This document shows, in pieces, positions 57,451 to 62,568 of a DNA stretch of 62,568 nt. The position numbers and the translations under genes were made by a program. Source of the stretch: Bordetella parapertussis (GTDB lineage Bacteria > Pseudomonadota > Gammaproteobacteria > Burkholderiales > SG8-39); assembly GCA_945897475.1 (NCBI GenBank), contig CAMDFL010000003.1, forward strand, positions 1 through 62,568. Reading direction: 5' to 3'. The notes under the pieces were generated by a model that was not told the DNA's origin, did no database searches, and was given only the letters and a program-made list of their open reading frames with translations. Each line of letters begins with the position of its first letter. Position 1 is the first letter of the stretch.

Positions 57451-58440
57451 ATGCGCCTTGCCAAGCCTAATGCAGCATCGAAGTTGAGTTTGACCCTCGC
57501 AGCCTTGGCTGCGGTCATTGCGTGGACTTCCCCGGCCGCCGCGCAATCCTGGCCGGTCAAACCGATCAAACTGGTGCAAGGATTCGCCGCCGGCGGCAAC
57601 GGCGACATCATTGCGCGCCTGGTGGCGCAAAACATTACCGGGCCTCTGGGCCAAGCGCTGGTGGTGGAGGGTCGCACCGGCGGGGGTGGAAACCTTGCCG
57701 CGGATTTCGTCGCCAAATCGCCAGCCGATGGCTACACCCTCATTTTGCTCACCGGTGGGCATGCGGTTTCGGCGGCCATCTACCGGCAATTACCATTCGA
57801 TCCCATTGATGATTTCTCAATGGTTTCGCTGGTGTCGCAGTTTGCGTTCGTGGTTGCCACCGCGCCGGACTCTCCCTTGAAAAGCATGGCCGACGTGATC
57901 ACCCTATCGAAAAAAATGCCCGGTTCGCTCTCGTTTAGTTCGGCGGGCACCGGCACCACCCAGCATCTTGCCGGTGAACTGTTCAAATCCGCAGCCGGCA
58001 TCGACATGATTCATGTGCCCTATCGTGGTGGCTTGGCGCCGGTCACCGATGTCATGGCGGGACGGGTGAGCATGATGTTTGAGACCTTCACACCAACGCT
58101 GCCGCAAATCCGGGCCGGAAAATTGCGTGCGCTTGGCGTTACCTCGATGGGACGATCGAGCATTCTTCCTGATCTTGCCCCGGTCGCTGAAACGGTAGCC
58201 AACTTCGAGGTCACTTCATGGATGGGAATTGCCGCGCCCGCGAAACTCCCCGGCCCGATATTGGATCGCCTCAACCGGGAAATGTTGCGTGCCATTGCAT
58301 CGCCCGAGGCTCGCGAACGTCTCACTGGCCTGGGCGCAGACCCACGCTCCAGCTCACCCGCCGAAATGCGCGCCCATGTAGCGACGGAAATTGACAAATG
58401 GAAGCGTGTAGTCGAAATGGCCAAAATCGAGCGGCAGTAA
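57451..58440 (+). CDS. Bug-family (TctC-like) substrate-binding protein
   Basis: Signal peptide followed by AQSWPVKPIKLVQGFAAGGNGD motif. Confidence 0.9.
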   Translation: MRLAKPNAASKLSLTLAALAAVIAWTSPAAAQSWPVKPIKLVQGFAAGGNGDIIARLVAQNITGPLGQALVVEGRTGGGGNLAADFVAKSPADGYTLILLTGGHAVSAAIYRQLPFDPIDDFSMVSLVSQFAFVVATAPDSPLKSMADVITLSKKMPGSLSFSSAGTGTTQHLAGELFKSAAGIDMIHVPYRGGLAPVTDVMAGRVSMMFETFTPTLPQIRAGKLRALGVTSMGRSSILPDLAPVAETVANFEVTSWMGIAAPAKLPGPILDRLNREMLRAIASPEARERLTGLGADPRSSSPAEMRAHVATEIDKWKRVVEMAKIERQ

Positions 58441-58555
58441 AGATAGGACCATCCACGCTCACACCGCCAGACGCCTTAAAATGAATGGCACTTACTGAAA
58501 GGTTTTGGCTCGTCCCCTCGCTGTTGCGAGCTGCTTACTGAAGATCGTTTTTTTT

Positions 58556-58627
58556 CGCGCGGATGGCTTCATCATCCGCGCGAAAGCGACAATCCGCACG
58601 AACGGATTTTTCGTTCGTGCAGGCTTT
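58556..58627. repeat. ~70-bp structured dispersed repeat, copy B
   Basis: Stems at 58556-58565/58573-58582 and 58596-58604/58612-58620. Homologous to 29688-29758. Confidence 0.75.
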
Positions 58628-58672
58628 GGCAGCGCTGCCGCGGGCAGGATTCAAATTTGCAAGACGCAGCAG

Positions 58673-58981
58673 TCAATGCAAGCGATAAGGTTCCATGGCG
58701 AGAGAAGCCACCTCGCCACCCATCATGACAATGGTCCCCGCACGGCGACTCTCGCCGTTATCGGTAAATTCAAAACGGTACACCCGGCGCAGCACCACGC
58801 GCCCTTGGTCGTTGCGCGATAGCCGCAGCGAAACACATTCCACCGTTTGATCGAGAAACTGAAGCCCGCTTCTCTCGCAGGCGAGCGGCCCCACGGCAAG
58901 CGCGCGTTCGCGCACCTTAAGGCTATCGAACCAGAACCAGACGAGCGCGGCGAATGCGAGAAGAACAGCGATTTCGGACAT
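58673..58981 (-). CDS. DUF3301-family protein
   Basis: 102 aa. N-terminal TM helix followed by the RERAL......C...GLQ.LD..V pattern, as recalled for DUF3301. Confidence 0.7.
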   Translation of the reverse strand: MSEIAVLLAFAALVWFWFDSLKVRERALAVGPLACERSGLQFLDQTVECVSLRLSRNDQGRVVLRRVYRFEFTDNGESRRAGTIVMMGGEVASLAMEPYRLH

Positions 58982-59012
58982 GGCCCCTGCTTATTCGCGG
59001 CTTGCCTGCCCT

Positions 59013-59052
59013 AATAAATATCAGAGCGGTTGATAAAGTATCAGAGCGGTCT
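59013..59052. repeat. 20-bp tandem repeat x2 (..taaatatcagagcggt..) abutting the ppk2 stop
   Basis: tatcagagcggt at 59019-59030 and 59039-59050. The ppk2 stop is at 59051-59053. Confidence 0.75.
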
Positions 59053-59938
59053 AATAGACCTTGGGGACAAACCGCTGACTCGATATTTTCGGGCGTTTAT
59101 AGCCTATATCACCTTGGCGCGGCGGCACTTCAATCTCCACCGGCGTCATATTTTCATAGGGAATCTGCCGGAGCAAATGCGTGATGCAATTGAGGCGGGC
59201 TTTTTTCTTGTTGTCGGCTTCCACCACGTGCCAAGGGTTTTTTTTAGTATCCGTCTCCGCAAACATCTCGTCCTTCGCCTTGGAATACTCGCTCCAGCGC
59301 TTGCGCGACTCCATATCCATCGGGCTTAGCTTCCAGCGCTTGGAAGGATTGCGAATCCGTTCCTGGAAACGTTTTTCCTGCTCCTCGTCATTGACCGAGA
59401 ACCAGTACTTGACAAGATATATGCCGGAACGAACCAGCATTTCCTCGAACAAGGGGCAGGATCGCAGGAACTCTTTGTATTCAGGCTCGGTGCAAAAACC
59501 CATGACGTGCTCCACGCCGGCGCGGTTGTACCAACTGCGGTCAAACAGCACGATTTCTCCCGCAGCGGGCAGATGAGGAACGTAGCGCTGAAAATACCAC
59601 TGCCCACGTTCGCGTTCTGTGGGTGTGCCCAACGCGGCAATCCTGCATACCCTGGGGTTGAGGCTCTCAGTAATTCGTTTAATCACGCCACCCTTGCCGG
59701 CGGCATCGCGGCCCTCGAAGATCACGGCAAGTTTCAGGCCCCGCATGCGCACCCATTCCTGGAGCTTGATGAGTTCCATCTGGAGGTGGGCAAGCTCCTC
59801 GACGTACTTGAAATTTTTGCGCGGCTTGGGCAGTTTGGCGCGGCCTGCCAGGTGCCAGATTTGCTCAATTTTGGCGGCCTCCTTCGCATCTTCCAGAACC
59901 TCGCCGCCCTTGCTCTTTTCCACCTTCTTCTTTGCCAT
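59051..59938 (-). CDS. ppk2: polyphosphate kinase 2
   Basis: Walker A FEGRDAAGKGG. FDRSWYNR and PPK2 lid-region motifs. Confidence 0.92.
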   Translation of the reverse strand: MAKKKVEKSKGGEVLEDAKEAAKIEQIWHLAGRAKLPKPRKNFKYVEELAHLQMELIKLQEWVRMRGLKLAVIFEGRDAAGKGGVIKRITESLNPRVCRIAALGTPTERERGQWYFQRYVPHLPAAGEIVLFDRSWYNRAGVEHVMGFCTEPEYKEFLRSCPLFEEMLVRSGIYLVKYWFSVNDEEQEKRFQERIRNPSKRWKLSPMDMESRKRWSEYSKAKDEMFAETDTKKNPWHVVEADNKKKARLNCITHLLRQIPYENMTPVEIEVPPRQGDIGYKRPKISSQRFVPKVY

Positions 59939-60003
59939 CGCTCATCCTCCAGGATTGGTGATTTCAGCGTGCAGACTAACACCACTGGAAAAATCTGGAG
60001 AAT

Positions 60004-61050
60004 TTAGAGTTCCCGGCGCACTATCGCCGCCCCCTCGGCCAGCGCTTTCAACTTGCCGAATGCCACCGCGCGCGGCAGATATTTCATTCCGCAATCGGGA
60101 GCCAGGATCAGCTGCTCCGCGGGCAGGTGCTTCAATGCAAGGCGTACTCGTGCTGCCACATCGGCGGCAGACTCCACCCGTTGGTCGTCCAAACTGATCA
60201 TGCCAAGCACCATTTTCTTGCCGGGAAGATCTTTCAACACACCGAAATCGATTCTGGGTTGCGCCGCCTCAATGGAAATCTGTTCAACAATGCAATCGGC
60301 GAGCTGCGTGAGGAAGGTATAGCCCGCCGGTTTGTTGAATACAATATAGGCGTAACCAAAGCACAGGTGCACCACCGTAGGCCCTGGGATTCCCTGCAAC
60401 GCGCGATTGATCACTTTCACGCCGTAGCGATTGGCCGCCTCGGGACGAGCTTGCAGCCAGGGATCATCAATCTGCAATACATCGGCGCCGGCGGCTTTCA
60501 GATCGCGAAGCTCTTCGTTTAAGGCGATGGCGTAGTCGAACGCCATTTCTTCCTCGTCTTTGTAATAATCGTTTTGCGTCTGTTGCGCCATGGTGAAAGG
60601 GCCTGGCACAGTTATCTTTATAATCTTGCTGGTATTTTTTCGAAGAAATTCCACATCGCGAACTTCCACGGGATGCTTGCGTCGAATTTTTCCGACCACG
60701 CGCGGCACAATAGATTTATTGCCGGTGCGCGCCACGGTTTCACCGGGGCGCTCCAGATCGATTCCCTCCAACGCGGTGGCGAATCGATTCGAATAACTTT
60801 CTCGACGTATCTCGCCATCGGTGATGATGTCGATGCCGGCGCGCTCCATGTCGCGGATCGCAAGCAGCGTGGCATCGTCCTGCGCCTCCTCGAGATATGG
60901 CTCGGCTATGCGCCAGATTTCCTTCGCGCGCACTCGAGGCGGCATCTTGGAGGTCAACAATGCACGGTCGACCAACCAATCGGGCTGTGGATAGCTGCCA
61001 ACCACGGTTGTCGGCAAAATAGGTAATACACTTTCAGTCGGCAGCGGCAA
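60004..61050 (-). CDS. cobalamin-independent methionine synthase family (MetE C-terminal-domain-like) protein
   Basis: VGSYPQP N-terminus. Zn-ligand contexts VVHLCFGY and LILAPDCGM. Confidence 0.8.
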   Translation of the reverse strand: MPLPTESVLPILPTTVVGSYPQPDWLVDRALLTSKMPPRVRAKEIWRIAEPYLEEAQDDATLLAIRDMERAGIDIITDGEIRRESYSNRFATALEGIDLERPGETVARTGNKSIVPRVVGKIRRKHPVEVRDVEFLRKNTSKIIKITVPGPFTMAQQTQNDYYKDEEEMAFDYAIALNEELRDLKAAGADVLQIDDPWLQARPEAANRYGVKVINRALQGIPGPTVVHLCFGYAYIVFNKPAGYTFLTQLADCIVEQISIEAAQPRIDFGVLKDLPGKKMVLGMISLDDQRVESAADVAARVRLALKHLPAEQLILAPDCGMKYLPRAVAFGKLKALAEGAAIVRREL

Positions 61051-61086
61051 TGGTTTCTCCAGAGGACGATTTAATGCAAACCGGAA

Positions 61087-61851
61087 TTACGCCCTGAATT
61101 TCGCCAGCAGCTTTTCGCTTTCTCGCGCGAGAATACTCACATCCGCACCGACCGCGACAAAAAGCGCACCGACTTCGAGCCAGTGCTTGGCATCGGCCTC
61201 CACTCCAGTCAGAATTCCCGGCGCCTTGCCGCATTTGCGGATACGACGCAAGGCTTCGTCGATGATGGGAACAATCTTCGGATTATTGGTCTCGCCGGTA
61301 TAACCCAGGGAAGCATGCAGATCGCCCGGACCGATGAACACACCATCCACGCCCTCGACATTCGCGATCGCCTCCAGATTCGTGAGGCCGAGCTCGGTCT
61401 CAATCTGCAACAGCACGCACAATTCCTGGTGAGCGCTCTTGGCATAGCCCTTGACGCGTCCAAAGCGCGTCGCCCGAGAGGTCCCGGCGACACCGCGAAC
61501 GCCATGCGGCGGATAGCGGGTGTAGGCAACCGCGTTACGCGCCTCTTCCTCGGTTTGAATATACGGAATCAGGAGCGAGGTCGCGCCGATATCCAGGGTC
61601 CGCTTGATGGTGACCATGTCATTCCACGGCACGCGCACTACCGCCTCGGTCGGATACGGCGCCGCCGCCTGCAATTGCCCGAGGACATTTTCCAGGTCCG
61701 CGGGCGAATGTTCGGTATCGATCAGAATCCAGTCGTAGCCGGACCCTGCGATGACTTCGACGCAGTAACTGTTCGAAAGACTGGACCAAAGGCCGATTTG
61801 CGGCTTACCGACGGCAAGCGCGCGTTTAAATGAATTGACGGGCAATTCCAT
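61087..61851 (-). CDS. HpcH/HpaI-family aldolase
   Basis: Uses the internal start MELPVNSFKRAL of ORF 61087..61905. DWILIDTEH and FIGPGDL motifs. The ATG shares one base with the upstream TAA. Confidence 0.88.
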   Translation of the reverse strand: MELPVNSFKRALAVGKPQIGLWSSLSNSYCVEVIAGSGYDWILIDTEHSPADLENVLGQLQAAAPYPTEAVVRVPWNDMVTIKRTLDIGATSLLIPYIQTEEEARNAVAYTRYPPHGVRGVAGTSRATRFGRVKGYAKSAHQELCVLLQIETELGLTNLEAIANVEGVDGVFIGPGDLHASLGYTGETNNPKIVPIIDEALRRIRKCGKAPGILTGVEADAKHWLEVGALFVAVGADVSILARESEKLLAKFRA

Positions 61852-62567
61852 TATTTCTTCTCCGCGCGAATTTGCGCCAATGCGCGTTCGCGCCACAGAG
61901 GCCATGCGCGGTTGTATTCCTGCGCCGGCACCGAGGCGGCCTGCTCGGCATCATCGATAAAAGCCAACTTGCCGCCAGGTCCCGCGATCATCATCGCCTG
62001 CATCTGCATGCGAGCGCTCATCTCGAGATAGATGCTGCGGCCCACCGCGCGCGGCAGAGTCTCGCCCACCGTCACCGAGCCGTGGCCGCGCATGAGCGCC
62101 GCAGGATGCTTGCCCAGTACCTTTGCCAGCGCTTCTCCCAAGTAGGCAGTCTTCACCAGTAGATCGGTGCCTTTTTGCGCATCGCGAATCTCAAAATTAG
62201 GCAGTCCATTGCCCACAAACGCCGCCATGTGATACACCGCGCGCATCGGCACATCGGTCAGGCTGAAGGGCACCACCGAGGGAGAATGGTTATGAACCAC
62301 CGCGACGATTTCCGGGCGCGCCTTGTAGATCTCGCCATGAATGAAACGTTCTCGCACCGACTCGCGGCCATTGGGATCAAGTGGCGTACTGTCCAGGTCG
62401 TATTCGATGATGTCTTTCTCGTGCACGCGCTCCGGGGCGATGGCCTGGGAGAGAAAGTAATGAGTGGGATTTTTCTCCGAACGCACGCTGACGTGGCCAT
62501 AGGCGTCTATGACGCCATGCTCGGCGAGAATTCTATTTGCCGCTACGAGATCTTCAATCTGACTCAC
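61851..62567 (-). CDS. class II aldolase / adducin-domain protein (start at or beyond the window edge)
   Basis: YGHVSVR and VVHNHS motifs. A GTG at 62565-62567 could be the start, but the window ends at 62568. Confidence 0.8.
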   Translation of the reverse strand: MSQIEDLVAANRILAEHGVIDAYGHVSVRSEKNPTHYFLSQAIAPERVHEKDIIEYDLDSTPLDPNGRESVRERFIHGEIYKARPEIVAVVHNHSPSVVPFSLTDVPMRAVYHMAAFVGNGLPNFEIRDAQKGTDLLVKTAYLGEALAKVLGKHPAALMRGHGSVTVGETLPRAVGRSIYLEMSARMQMQAMMIAGPGGKLAFIDDAEQAASVPAQEYNRAWPLWRERALAQIRAEKK

Positions 62568-62568
62568 G

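Noticed and set aside
1-62568. CRISPR arrays, rRNA/tRNA genes, IS elements or integrases
   Set aside because: The repeats found are tandem without unique spacers of CRISPR size. No transposase or recombinase-like ORF appears in the six-frame track, and no cloverleaf or rRNA-like segments were recognised by eye. A tRNAscan or Infernal run would be needed to exclude small RNAs formally.

Overview
This 62.6-kb, high-GC chromosomal segment looks like a Burkholderiales-type betaproteobacterium. That is an inference from gene content: seven intact Bug/TctC-family solute-binding genes, alaA-hom-thrC, yciB-bolA-ppiC and a split arnA. About 60 protein genes can be supported. No tRNA, rRNA, CRISPR array, transposase or integrase was seen. 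Core genes include mutS, alaA-hom-thrC, a complete L-Ara4N lipid A modification cluster (arnT, arnE/F-like, arnB, arnC, arnA-FT, arnA-DH, arnD), bcp, a PIN/PhoH ATPase, msrB, yciB, bolA, a parvulin PPIase and ppk2. Accessory content falls into two groups. The first is several orphan catabolic clusters: hyuAB with a LysR regulator, iorAB with a PhtD-like decarboxylase, an M24-like pair with SDR, LLM oxidoreductase, NMT1-like protein and aldolase, a BVMO, and an aldolase/MetE-like operon. The second is toxin-antitoxin/abortive-infection modules: higBA, abiEi/abiEii, phd-vapC and a degenerate solo PIN. I found no clearly novel multi-gene system of unknown proteins. The most notable observations are: (1) the AbiE cassette lies in a 2.3-kb integrase-less insertion bounded by 19-bp direct repeats inside the 5' end of mutS, leaving an orphaned original mutS promoter and first 18 codons. 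(2) Short tandem duplications recur next to stop codons at many gene ends. (3) A ~70-bp structured repeat occurs twice and shows a compensatory stem change. (4) A divergent EF-G paralogue has the catalytic His replaced (DTPGY) and NKxD changed to NRID. (5) The Bug family shows both recent duplication and decay. All functional calls come from motif and family recognition by eye, with no database search.
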